From: Lama guanicoe
Taxonomy: Eukaryota
Length of the DNA: 64,000 bases
NCBI GenBank assembly: GCA_013239625.1
Contig: MU055753.1
Span: forward strand, 2,658,702 to 2,722,701
Direction of reading: 5' to 3'
In this document: positions 38,721-50,213 of the stretch, in pieces
How the letters are laid out: every line of letters starts with the position of its first letter
How positions within the stretch are numbered: position 1 is the first letter of the stretch
Notes under the pieces: model-generated
The model's database searches: none
Told to the model about the DNA's origin: nothing
What the model saw: only the letters and a program-made list of their open reading frames with translations
Translations under genes and position numbers: made by a program

Positions 38721-40440
38721 GGCTGAGGCAGGAGAGAGGAGGGTACTGGCCTCTTGCAGAAAGTACAGGACCTGGGGAGAGTGGTGAGAGATCTTGGGTG
38801 GCCAGGGGCCCACCGAGGTTCTCAATCAACTGCCATGGAAGTTGAGGATTTATTCTGAGGATTGTGGGAAGGTGCTGGGCAGTTTCAGGGAGGACTACTA
38901 CCCTGACCTAATCCCATTTCTGTTTTGCAGATTCCTCTGGAGAGTGGATGTCCTGGGTGCGAGTGAGGAGCACAGGCATTGGGGGAGGATGGACTCTTGT
39001 AGTTGTCCCGGTGAGAGGATGAAAGGGGTTATGGAGAAGGAAAGAAGTGGAAAGAATCTAGGTTGCTGGGGGTGTGGAACAAGGGTTGTTAGTTAGCATA
39101 GGAAGGGGGTCTCTGCATCCTTCTAGGTCCCTGGCTGTGAGTTAACTGGCCCTTCTCCTGTTTCTCTCCTTTGTCTTCCAAGGAAGCAGGATCTCTTCCA
39201 CCTTGGGCCCTACCAGGCCAGCGGCCCCACTGAGGTTGGCAGGAGTATGACAGCTGGGCTGAAGGCACTTTGCAAAAAGCAGGCCTATGTCAGCATTGCT
39301 CACTGCTTGGGCCAAGACCAGGGAAGGTTTGAGGGCTTCAGAGAGAGCTGCTGGTCAAACAGATACACAAAGGCCTTTTGTTGAGGCCAGGGTGGTTTCC
39401 TGGAGGGATGCCCTAGAGGCTCACCTCTCCCTGGAGTGTATAGGGCAGTGGAAGTCCCAACACAGAGGTGGTGGCCCCAACAGCAGACAAAACCACTGCA
39501 TACCAGGGTAGGATGGGGCCCCAGAAATCTCCCTTATAAGGAAGCAGTTCAGCGTTGTGGGGCACCTGGGCACACCCTCTGTCTGGGGACTCTAGGGCCT
39601 TAACCTTCACTGCCCCCACCCCCCAGTTAGTGGGGGAATGGTCATTCCTAATCTCAGAGGCTTTGTTTGCAATAAACTATGATAAATCATAAATTTGGAG
39701 GTGACTCTCAAAACAGTCCTGGTCACCACCTCCCCATCCCCCAAATGCTAGTGACTACAGATGGACCCTGTTCATCCCATCCCAAATCTCCCTACCACAG
39801 GGGAACCTACAGGGTGAGTCTGTGGTCTCTCCCCAACACACACAGAAAAAAAAAGAAACCTTACAATATTTAACACAAATTTCCTCCTCTGTGACTTGGG
39901 GACATGAAATAACCTTTCCTGCTACGTGAAAATTAAGCCAAACAAAGGACTTCAAGCCCTTAGTGCTGGGTCATTCTTTCCTGGTGACAATTGCAGTCAC
40001 CGCCCCAGGGAGTTCAAAGACAGAGCCAAGGGGCACACCCTGCAGGTGGCTCTTTCCGGTCACTGCTACATGGGGCGTGGGAGGGCAGGGAGGGTTGGCC
40101 AGGCCTGACGTGGTTTGATGGCTCATGCCTCCCCTCCTCCTCCCAGACTCCAGCAGCAGAGCCTCAGGCAGCAGTCCCAGCCCCTCCCACCAAACCCTGT
40201 GCACCTGTCCTCCCACCCAGATCTAGGGGTGCGGTGAGGAAGCTGTGAAGGACCCAGTCAGGGGCAGGGAAGTGCCGCAAACACCTGGTGGGTCTGGGGC
40301 ATTGCCGGGGAATTCCAAACAGCCTTCCTGGTGCCCCAGGGGGTACTCCCCTCCCCACGCAGGCAGGGAGGCAGTAGGACCCTTGGCTACACCTGGCAGA
40401 CTCCAGAAGCTCGTGACAGAGTTCTGGGAAGGCCATAGCA

Positions 40441-42467
40441 ATGGCAGGCCACCGACACCCAGTGTCCGTGAGCGGGGCAGCTCTGGTGCAGACAGAGAAG
40501 CTCCAGGTAGGAACCAACGGGGATCCCTGACGGCCCCAAGAGGGAGGGAGGGAGTTCCTGGCTTAGTCCCTCCATGGTGTCCCCCACCCTTTCATCCCAC
40601 AGACATTCGCCTTCTCTGTGAACTGGTCGGATGACAGTGACACCTTTGCACGCAGAAGCTGGGATCAGTTCAGAAAACTCCATGTGAGTGAGCCTGGAGC
40701 GACCCCAACTTCCCCCAACTGCATGACCCAGCAATGACCGCCCCTCTCAAGTGCCTGCCCTTGGGTCCTCCAGCCCCTAAGATCCTGGCAAGGGACCCCC
40801 ACCCTCCCAGGGGAACCCAGTGGGCCCTCAGAGACTGAGATGCCCATTCTCACCCTCAGAAGACCCTCAAGGAGACCTTCCCAGTGGAGGCGGGCCTGCT
40901 GCAGAGATCAGACCGCATTCTCCCCAAACTTCCTGGTCAGCCAGCAGGGGTCCCAGGAGGGGTGGGAGTGGCCGCGGTCTGATGTGGGGAGCCCTAGGGC
41001 AAGGTCCCAGTCTGTCCCTATCTTGCCCACAGATGCATCCTTGTTGGCACACTGGGGGCGCACGGGCCGCGGCCTGGTGCGCCTGCGGCTGCTGGAAACC
41101 TATTTGAGGGCGCTGCTGGTTGCGGGGGAGCGTGTGTCCCGCAGCCCGGTGCTCACTGGCTTCTTCGCGCCACAACCTCTGGACCTGGAGCCTGTGCTGC
41201 CACCGGGCAGGTGCCTGACCCACCCCCAACTCCCTGCCGGCAGAAACATTTGGAAGATGGGGAGGTGGGGTGGATTAAGGGCCTGTTAGGAGGGAAGGCC
41301 TGGAGGCTGGGTGGACTCCTGAGGGATGGCAGGCCAACCCCCAATCTTCCCACTCAATCACCTCTCATCTGCACCCTTGGCCCTTACCAGCCTGGTGATA
41401 CTGCCTGCCCGGGAAGAGCCCCTACCAGGCCCCAGGGGCAGCCCTGCCAGCTGCAGTCTGGGGGCTCCGAGTCTGCGCTGCCTGCAGCCCTTCAGCACCC
41501 AGGATGCGTGGGGCCAGCCCTTCCAGGCTCGGGCCCAGGAGGCCCTTAACGTGCTGCTGCGACACCCCTCAGGTGGGGCTGGGCAGGAGTCTGGGGACTC
41601 GCCCTTCTGCCCCCTTGGATCCCAAGGGGCCTCAGGATCTGAACCTCTACCCACCTCTTGGGCACAGGCTGGTGGCTGGTGGCGAACGAGGACCAGCAGA
41701 TGGCATGGTTTCCTGCTCCCTACCTGGAGGAGGTGGCCCCGGGCCAGGGACGAGATGGGGGACGGTCCCTAGTGAGCAGTGGTACGAGACTAACCCTCCT
41801 CCCCACACCCAGCACCACTACTGGGCAGTGTACATCACGGGTGGACCACAGGGAGCACTCAAGCCAGGGGATGACTAGGTGGCGAGAGTAGCCCTGTAGT
41901 GTGACTAGTCCCTCTAGTGAGCCACCACCCCAGGGGGTTTTACAGTGGTCCCTGGTGTCTGCAGAGATCCAAATGGGGAGAGCCTGGAGGTGGTGATTCA
42001 GCAAATGGGGGGGGGGGACGGACAGGTGAGGCCCTGGCCTCTGTGGCCCCCATGGTGACCACAAAACATCCACTCCAGGGCCCCAGTTCTGTGCTTCCCG
42101 TGCCTTTGAGGGCAGCCAAGCTGATGAGCTGTCAGTGCCTGCAGGGGCACACGTGTGTGTGCTGGAAACATCCGACCGCGGCTAACTTCATCCTCTTCAC
42201 AGATTTGGTGGCCGCACTGGTCTTCTCCCGGCTGCAATACTGCAGCCAGACGGGCTGGGCACAATCCTTAGCGGGCCATGGCTCCACCTTGGGGCAGATG
42301 ATGGGGAGGACAGAGAGGGAGAGGCCCGAAACTTCCCCAAGTGCCCCCAGGCCAAGACCGTTCCCCCTACTGTGCCTGCCCGACCACCACTGAGTGCTAT
42401 TCAGAGCCGGTGCTGCACCATCACCCGTAGGGCACTGAGGGACCCAGAGGGTCAGGGACCTTTTTGA
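40441..42467 (+). pseudogene. NOXO1: NADPH oxidase organizer 1, disrupted/truncated. Exons: 40441-40506, 40603-40683, 40860-40935, 41033-41210, 41391-41572, 41668-41781, 42079-42185 (premature TAA at 42183-42185); stranded exon 8 at 42203-42467
   Basis: PX domain (MAGHRHPVSV...[10 protein letters not shown]...RRSWDQF), SH3A ([23 protein letters not shown]), SH3B start ([21 protein letters not shown]...LETSDRG*). The WWLCR codons and exon-7 donor are absent. Exon 8 is still an open frame ([11 protein letters not shown]...[25 protein letters not shown]). Confidence 0.85.
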
Positions 42468-42816
42468 GTGTGTGGAACCTGGTGGAGGGCTGCGCTGTGC
42501 ACCCCATAACTGGAGCGGCAGCCCAGAAGCTCCAAACTCCAGGTTTGACTGATAGCAGCCACATCAGCCCCAGGGCTGTGGGAGGAGCACTTGACCCCAA
42601 GTGGGTGAGGCCAGGAGGCTACACCCCGCCTTGTCCTGAGTAAAGAACTCCTGATGGACCCACACTGCTACAGTGTCTGTGCTGAGGGGCGGGGCCTGCT
42701 GGATCTCAGCCAGGCCAGGGGTGGGGATGGAGCTGGCTGGAGGCCAAGACCTGGGGTGAGACAAAGCTCAGACAGACACAGCGTGCCGAGATGGCAAAGT
42801 CCATCTTTCTGCATGT

Positions 42817-45800
42817 TCAGAGGGCAGAGGGGGCCACGGGGAGGGGGGGCAGCTTCATGTTGTGCCACAGGAAGTCTAGGAAGGTGGCCGCCTGCAGTGT
42901 CCGGCTGAGCCGCTGGAAGTGCCGCTCTGGGGGAGAATGGAAAGCTGTCAGGGGTCCATGGAGGCCAGCTGGACTCTTCCTGCCCCGACCTGGGCTGTGC
43001 CCACGTACCGGTGTAGGGCAGCAGGGCCTCAAGTGAGGCCTGAACACCCTCATAGGCCAGCAGCTCTTCAGGGGCCTCATGCCGCAGGAGCACGCCTAGC
43101 ACAGCCTGGGCTTCATGGCAGTGCCGTGAGTTGGTGTTCCATGTGACACAGAAGCGCAGCAAGGCCTCTGTGGGTGGCAGGGATGGTCAGACCTGCCTGC
43201 TGGGCCACTGCCCCTTACTAGCCATCATCCAGCCCCTACCTGCCCACCCCGGACCTTTCTGGTCTCGCCGCAGTCGGAGCACCGTGGCTTCCAGCTTCTC
43301 GCAGGACTCAGGGTCCTTTCGGATGGCTGTGGGAGGAGGGGAGATTGAGCCCCAGGGAAGGGACACCACAGATCTGAGACTCCCTCCAACCCTGCCCTTC
43401 CTGTCCAGCCCCTGAGGCAGCACTGACCCTGGATCACGGTCAGCACCGTGTGGGGCCGGTCCAGGGAGATGGCGAGGCCCAGTGCCCGCAGGTACCGCTT
43501 TTCATGGAGCAGATTGTCCAGCTCTTGCTGCCTGGTGGGGGAAGGAGGGAGGACAGGGGACAGGGCCACTGGGAGACTTGGCTGGAGCTAAAGGCAGAGC
43601 CATCAGGGGTCTGAAGCCTGGAGCAGAACACCCACTGGTGGAAAGCTGTGTTGCTGGTCCAAGCCTTGGTTCCCACAGGCTATAAAGAGAAGGGAAGCCT
43701 GTGTGCCCTACTCCAAGGGGCTGACACTGATGCATGGGACTCCCAAGCAGGGCCAGGTGGAGACCCCCGGACTTACTTGACCACCTGCTCCTCTCTCTTG
43801 GCCTGCTCCTCTGCCTGCTCCACCTCGGTCACATCCTGGGGTCAGAATGGGGTCAGCAGGCAGGCCCATGCTGCCTTGCCCATTTTCCACCCCCACCAGC
43901 TCATGCACCTTCCAGAGGATGATGCAGGAGTCACTGGCGCCAGTGAGGGCGCGGTCATCCAGCCTACTACAGTGCAGCCCCCAGATCTTGTCCTCGTGGG
44001 CGTCCAGTGTCCTCACACACTCGTTGTTCTTGATGGTCCAGAGCTTCACAAGCCCGTCAGAGCCACTGGGTTTGGGATTGGGAGAGGGCTCAGCCTTGGG
44101 GCCTGCCCCCCAGCTCACCCCAAGTCCCACCCCGCCCTCAGCCCACTCACCTGGACAGCAGCTGGGTACCGCGGCTCACAAAGGCCACCTTCAGCACAGA
44201 AGCGTCATGCCCCTCAAAAGTCTGCAAGGTGGGGTGGGGGAAGGTGTGAAATGCCAGTGGGCAGAGGGCCTCGCCTGGGGTGAGGGCACCTTACCTTGAG
44301 GCAGCTGAAGTCCTGCAGCGCCCAGAGCTTGACTGTGCCGTCAGCTGAGGCTGTGGCCAGCACCTGGTCCATGGGTGAGAACTGAACACACCAGAGGCCC
44401 CGTCGGTGGCCTGAGAAGACTCCCAGCAGCTGGCACTGTGGCAGGGCCCAGAGTTTGGCTGTGCGGTCCTGTGACCCTGTGGCCAGCAGCTTGTCGTTGG
44501 GGGCAACAGCCACACTGTTGATGTCCTGGTGATGCGAGGGGGCAGCAGCTCAGACCCCTGTCCCAGCAGGGGCCTCACCACGCCCCACCTGGTGCTGTGT
44601 GCCATTACCTTGTCATGGCAGCGCTGCGTGGCCTGGGCCTGGAGGAGGACAGGGCCCCCAACTGGGACTGAGCCTGGGGACGGCAGGGCTTCGGGGAGGG
44701 ACCACAGCTTCACTGTGCAGTCCTGGCTGCCTGTCACCAGGAAGGTCTCCTTCAGCCTAAGGACCGATTTGGGGGACGGGGAGACACCTGCTGAGCCCTG
44801 GCTGGCCCTGCCTGCCAGTGCACCATAGTTCAGGCCTGCCAGACCTTGGTCCAGACCAGAAAGACAGACTGTCTCCGAAAGGGAACTGCTCATGTCAGCC
44901 CTATACACCTCTGGGACCACCTGCCCGCCCTCAAGCCTGCTCTGCCCGCCCTCAGTGCTGTCATACCAGGCGACTGGGCTCCAACCATGAGACCTCCAGC
45001 CTTAAACAGTACCTTCTCCACCTGGGCCTTGCTCAGCGTCACCTTCCCCGCTGTGACACCCCTCCCCTTTTATCCACCCAGCCTCAAGGCCACTTCCAAG
45101 GAACCCCCAATAATGGCATGTAGGGGTGCCCCTGTTCTCCATTCCATATCCCTGGAGACCCAGTGAGCAAAGGCCAAAGCCGCCTCCTTCTCCTCCCATC
45201 TCCTTAAGCTGGAGCCCCATCAGCAGGGCCTGGGCCTCTGCCTCCATGATACGCTGGACCCAGCCCTGAACTGCTACCTCGAGCAGCAGATGGTGCCCAC
45301 GCTGTGTGTGTGCCCAGAGCCCTGAGCCACACAGGTGACCTCACCAGCCTTGTTCATCTTCCAGACGCGGATGCTCTGATCCTGGGGATGGGAGGGATGA
45401 GGACAGAGGCTGGGCTGGGCTTCCCCACCTGGGCACCTGTACCCTCACCTCTTATAGTGCCTCACCTTGCCACAGCTGGCAAAGAGCCACCCCTTCCGGA
45501 AGACATCTAAGGCCAAGACGATGTCTGGGAGAAGGTGGAGGGGGAGTGGTTAGAGATCAGTTATGGCAAGCGGGGGCAATCCAGTCCAGGATGAGGTCCT
45601 GGGGGCACTGGCCCAGTGCCCTCACCTGTGTGGCCATGGAGAATCTGGCAGGCTGACGTCTGCAGCTCAAACACTTTTAGGCAGGGGCTGTTAGAGGCCA
45701 CGACAATGTGGGAGTCCTCAGGCCCGAGGAATCGAACGTCCAACACCTCCTCACTGTAGCCAGCAAACTAGGGGTGGGCGAGAGGGACACAAGTCAGGGA

Positions 45801-48800
45801 CCGAGTGGGTGGAGGGCTGGCATCCCCAGGCCTATGGGCTGAGCAGGGGCAGCACTCGCTCACCTGTTTCTGGAGCTGCAGGGAGCGGGCCTCGTAGAGC
45901 AGCAGGTTGTGGTCAGCAGTGACACTGAGGAGCAGGCCAGCGGCTTGGGCCAGGGTGCAGTGGGTCAGCTCCCGCCCAGGGCCTGGCAACTGCTGTTGTG
46001 TGTGGACACACTGCCCAGAGGCTGCCTCCCACACGCGCAGCATGCCTGTTTGGGGACATGGGCTGCTAGGACTCCAAGGTCCACAAGCCTCCTTTGGCCC
46101 CTGCTGCCCACCCTGGCCGAGCCCCACACACCTTGGTCGCCAGCGGTCAGGAAATGCAGGCCCGGGGACTTCACACCCAGCTCAGGCACCGGCTCCTCTG
46201 GCAACAGCACTGCAGCCTCTACACTCTGAGGACGAGTGGGTCAGAGGTGGCAATCCTGTCCCTCACCCTACCCCATTCACTGGCCCTGCTGCCCCTACCT
46301 CAAACACTGGCACAGTCCTCATGGCCTGGAGGCTGTGCAGGTCCCAGACAATGCAGATCTTGTCACGGCCCGAGCTGGGGGAAAACAGCCATCTCAGTTC
46401 CTGGGTCTCAGCTGTGGCCTTCCCTTTCTTGCCAAGGCCTGGGTGGCTGGTCACTGACCTGAGCATGGTGTGGCCGTCGGCACTGAAGGTCAGAGAGGTG
46501 ACAGCACTGTAGTGGGCAGTCAGCACGGCCAGGCACGACCGGTCCTGCAGCGACCACACCCGGATGGCGGTGTCTGCAGCTGAGGAGAAGAGTAGCAGGC
46601 GTGCGGGTTCCGGGTGGAAGGCCACCAAACTGCAGGCAGGTGGGGTGGGGCTGGTGAGCTATGCTACCCTGACCTTGATGCTCCACCCACCCAGCCTCTG
46701 CAGCCTCTACTCACTGCACGACACCCTGTGAGCCCCGAAAGTGGTGTGTCCCATAATGCCGCACGATGTCCCAGACACGCACAGCCCCGTCACAGCCACC
46801 TGTCGGAATGTGTTTGAAGTGGGGAGAGGGCTGGTGTGCCCAAAGCCCCCTGCCTGGTTCCAGCCAACCCACCCATCCAGCAAGGTCCTACCTGTGGCTA
46901 GCAGTGTGGAGGTGGGGTCGAAGGCCATGGTGGCCACAGGGGCTGTATGTATCGCCTTCCACAGGCGGGTGATGCTGCCCTCTTGCCAGGCCCACTGAAC
47001 CAGCAGCAGTGCCCGGCTAGCTGTCACCAGCACCTGGGGGAAGATGCAGTTCAGCTGGGGGTTGAGGCATGGACGCTGTCCTCATCAACTCAGTTTGCTT
47101 GGGATGTACTGGAGCCCACCTCCTGTCCCTGTTCCATATACCTCATTATCAGGACTGAGGTCAAAGGCAGTGATGTCCTCCTGATCCTCCTGAGGGTTGA
47201 GAGTAGACATAGAGCACCAACCATGAGACAAGGCTGCCCTCCACACCAGTCCCTCACACCAACCCTCTCAGCCCTCACCTGCTCCAGGCTCCGCAGCACA
47301 GCCCCTGAGGCCACATCCAGGATGTTGACTCTGGTACCACAGACGCAGAAAAGGTGCTGCCCAGTCTCATCCAGCTGGTGACAAAGGGGTCTCAGCCAAG
47401 GTAACACTCTGCAACCCCTGCCTCACCCTGCCAACTCTGCCCCTCCCTGGGCTGGTACCTGCACCTTCCCGCCCTTGTAGAAAGGCTCGATCTTGCGCTC
47501 GACAGCATAACTGGAGGGAAGACAGAAGACAGTGAGGTACCCAACCCTTGGTCCCCAGTGCCAGCTCTATACTAGGTGCTTTCCCAGAGGTCAACCCAAT
47601 AGGGACCTGCCCTTGAGGAGTTTCTGGGCAGCAGCAGGGATGCAGGGGACATGGGGGAGAGAGGCTCATGAACTCTTCTGTTATCTTCTTTAATCCTCTC
47701 AGCTACACTGTGAGGTGGGTGTTGGTATCCCTATGTTACAGAAGATTTGGGACCCTAGCTGGACACTGACACACACCAGTCCCAGGGCAGCACAGGCAGT
47801 CCAACAGCCCAGTCTTCTCAGAGATTCCCCACTACCGAGCAGGCCAGGCCTTGGGGGCCCCCTGCTGGCCATGGGAGGCCAGGCCTGGGTACCAACCCAG
47901 AGTAGCATCCTCTTCAAGATCTTCATCCTTGAGGTCCAGCCCGCCTCTTCCCTAACCCTGGCTCCTTCCTCCATCCCACTCTCCAAGCTGCCCTCATTTC
48001 GGTGGCATCATATGTCCTCTCCACTCCCTCTCAGCTACTTCCATGCTGGTCCAGGCCACTGCACTCTCCTCTCTGGACAGTTGCTCCAGCCTCTCCACCA
48101 GGTCTCTACCACTCTCTCAAACTCTGCTCTCAGAGAAGCTGCTCAGAATATAACTCTGTTTATGTTGCCACCCTGCCTTCAAACCCTCCCCTCTCCTTAC
48201 TTGTTTACAAAACCCTGCTTGGAGAAGCCTCTGCTGACCTTTCCCATTCACACAGGCTATTTCCTGCCTGTGACCTGGGCTTCTCCTCCCGAATTTCAAA
48301 GGTGCCTGGCTAACTCTACTGGAAGAAGCCTGACTAACAAGGTGAAATGGAGCACCCCCTCAACCTCCAAACCCAGTCAGCCATCCCAGCACCCGAGCTT
48401 CCCCTTGCTAGCGCTTGTCACAGCCACTGATGGAAATTATTTGCTTTAATACGTTTATCCCATCAGACTGCGCTCCATATGGTTAGGCGGCGTCTAACTT
48501 CTCTTCCTGCTCCCTGGAGAAATGGGACAGCAGGTCGCCCAACCTAGGCGTAGTGGTTTTTTTCTCTACCCCTAGGAGGTGGGGTGTCCCCTCCCAGGAC
48601 CAGCCTCGACGGTGCTCAGCCCGCCCCTTCCTCCTCCTCTAGGGTTTTTCGTTCTCACCCCCAAACCCGTCCCAAGTTTAAGTAACCCGGCCGCGCTCCA
48701 GTGCCCGCCGTCCGCGAGAGCTGTCAGTGCAGCCTCTTCCACTTTGTAATATCGCAGCCGCCACGACCGCGCGGACCTGTCGTACGCAACCCTCACCACC

Positions 48801-48929
48801 TCCCCAAACCCGAATGGGTGCCGGAGCCACGCGGACGCCTTCGCTACTCCGGCTGCGAGCCCGGCTCCCTTCCCGGGTGGCGGCTTACTTGGACTTGAAG
48901 CGGCCCACTCCGGCCGCGGGCTCCGCCAT
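42817..48929 (-). CDS. TBL3: Transducin beta-like 3 (UTP13, SSU processome WD40 protein), ~800 aa, 22 exons: 48929-48889, 47510-47459, 47374-47279, 47189-47142, 47033-46892, 46799-46715, 46629-46459, 46374-46299, 46225-46132, 46045-45864, 45767-45626, 45524-45466, 45381-45278, 44756-44609, 44525-44295, 44221-44151, 44065-43909, 43835-43777, 43531-43428, 43326-43255, 43167-43009, 42926-42817
   Basis: MAEPAAGVGRFKSNYAVERKIEPFYKGGK; many GH...WD repeats; Utp13 C-terminal WNTNSRHCHEAQ...LLPYTERHFQRL. All junctions GT-AG and phase-consistent. Confidence 0.96.
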
Positions 48930-49140
48930 GTCGCCGCTGCCGCCGCCGCGTGAAGGAGACCGGCGCGCCACTCCGCACGGTCGCCGCGCTGCGCAATCGG
49001 CGCGCTGAGATGGCGTCACCGCCCGCTGCGACTGCGACGTCACCAGCACCGCGGGCTCGGCGACATCTTTGCTGTGGGCACTGGCCGCCGCGTCAGGAAG
49101 CGGAAGGTGGCAGAGGCGTCTCCGGCCCGGAGGTGGGGGT
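48930..49140 (-). promoter_or_regulatory. TBL3 CpG-island promoter
   Basis: CpG-dense; YY1-like GAGATGGCG, CRE half sites (CGTCA), ETS GGAAG cores. Confidence 0.55.
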
Positions 49141-49409
49141 GTAGAGTGGTTTGGAAGCGGCGGGGGCTGGTGGGGTAGACTGGCAGCGACTGGGGTAGCC
49201 AGCTGCCTGTCCTTTTGATAGAAATTTTAAAAGATATTCGTAGGAAATGTTTACTGAATCCCAAGACTCCTGCCCCTTCGGGACTCTGGGATTTGGGGAC
49301 AAGCGAGGTCGGGTGCGGTGCCTGAGCAGAGAGCTGTTAACCGGGCTCTGCTTTGGGGCTCACTGTCTAGTATGAGGAATAACGCAGGTAAATTAATAAA
49401 TCGGGTAAC

Positions 49410-50160
49410 TTCAGAGTCGTTCAAATATTGATGGAGCACATTCTATGTGCAAAGCCCCGTTCTAGACGCTTAAGAGGCACTAGAGAAGCTGGTTCTTGAC
49501 TAGCTCACAAGCTAGTGGGGTGAGGGCTAGGCAGAGAAAGGGCAGGGAATAATCTTGATTGTTAAGTGATGAGTGCTGTGGAAAGAATACAGCATGGCGA
49601 GGGATGGAGTAGAGTGTAGGGGTGCAATTTTAAATTGGGGGTGAAGGCTTCATTGAAAAGGTGACATGAGCAAAAACCCGAATTTGGTGAAGCAGGGATC
49701 CCTGTAATTATCTGAGGAACAGCCAGTGCACAGGCCTGGTGTTTAGAAGCAACAGAAGCCAGTGTGGCTGCAGGGATTTAGTAGGAAGGGGAGAGTATAG
49801 GGCAGGAAACAGAAACTAATGGGAGATCCCAGGGAATCATTGTGAGGAGTTGGCTTTTGAGTTCAGGGTTTTAAGCTGTTTGTACTACTGCTGGCTGTGA
49901 AGCTGGTAAACAGATTGGTAGAAGGTAACTGGGAAGGAGACTGGGAGAGGTCGATCTGGAAACCTCTGCACAGAGGAGACAATTTGGTGAAAAGAGAGAT
50001 CCAGGGGAAGAGCCTGCCAGGCAGCCATTGTGAAGAACTGGTTGGGAAGAACTTGCAAAGGTCCAGGAGAAAGGCCAGAATGACCATTTGGGGTGAAGGG
50101 AATAGTGCCTGGAAAGGTGAGAGGGCCCGCAAACGTGGTAAAGGTGTAAGGTCAGCAAAC
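49410..50160. mobile_element. Decayed L2-like fragments
   Basis: ttcaaatattgatggagcacattctatgtgc, ggcttcattgaaaaggtgaca and aagccagtgtggctg motifs characteristic of L2. Confidence 0.5.
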
Positions 50161-50213
50161 ACAGAGGTGGTGAGGCGGCCAGGCCTGGGCTCTGCGTTTA
50201 TTTATCCCTCTAT

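Noticed and set aside
47715-48449. 244-aa ORF antisense within TBL3 intron 1
   Set aside because: Low-complexity composition, non-ATG start, appears to overlap decayed repeat-like sequence.
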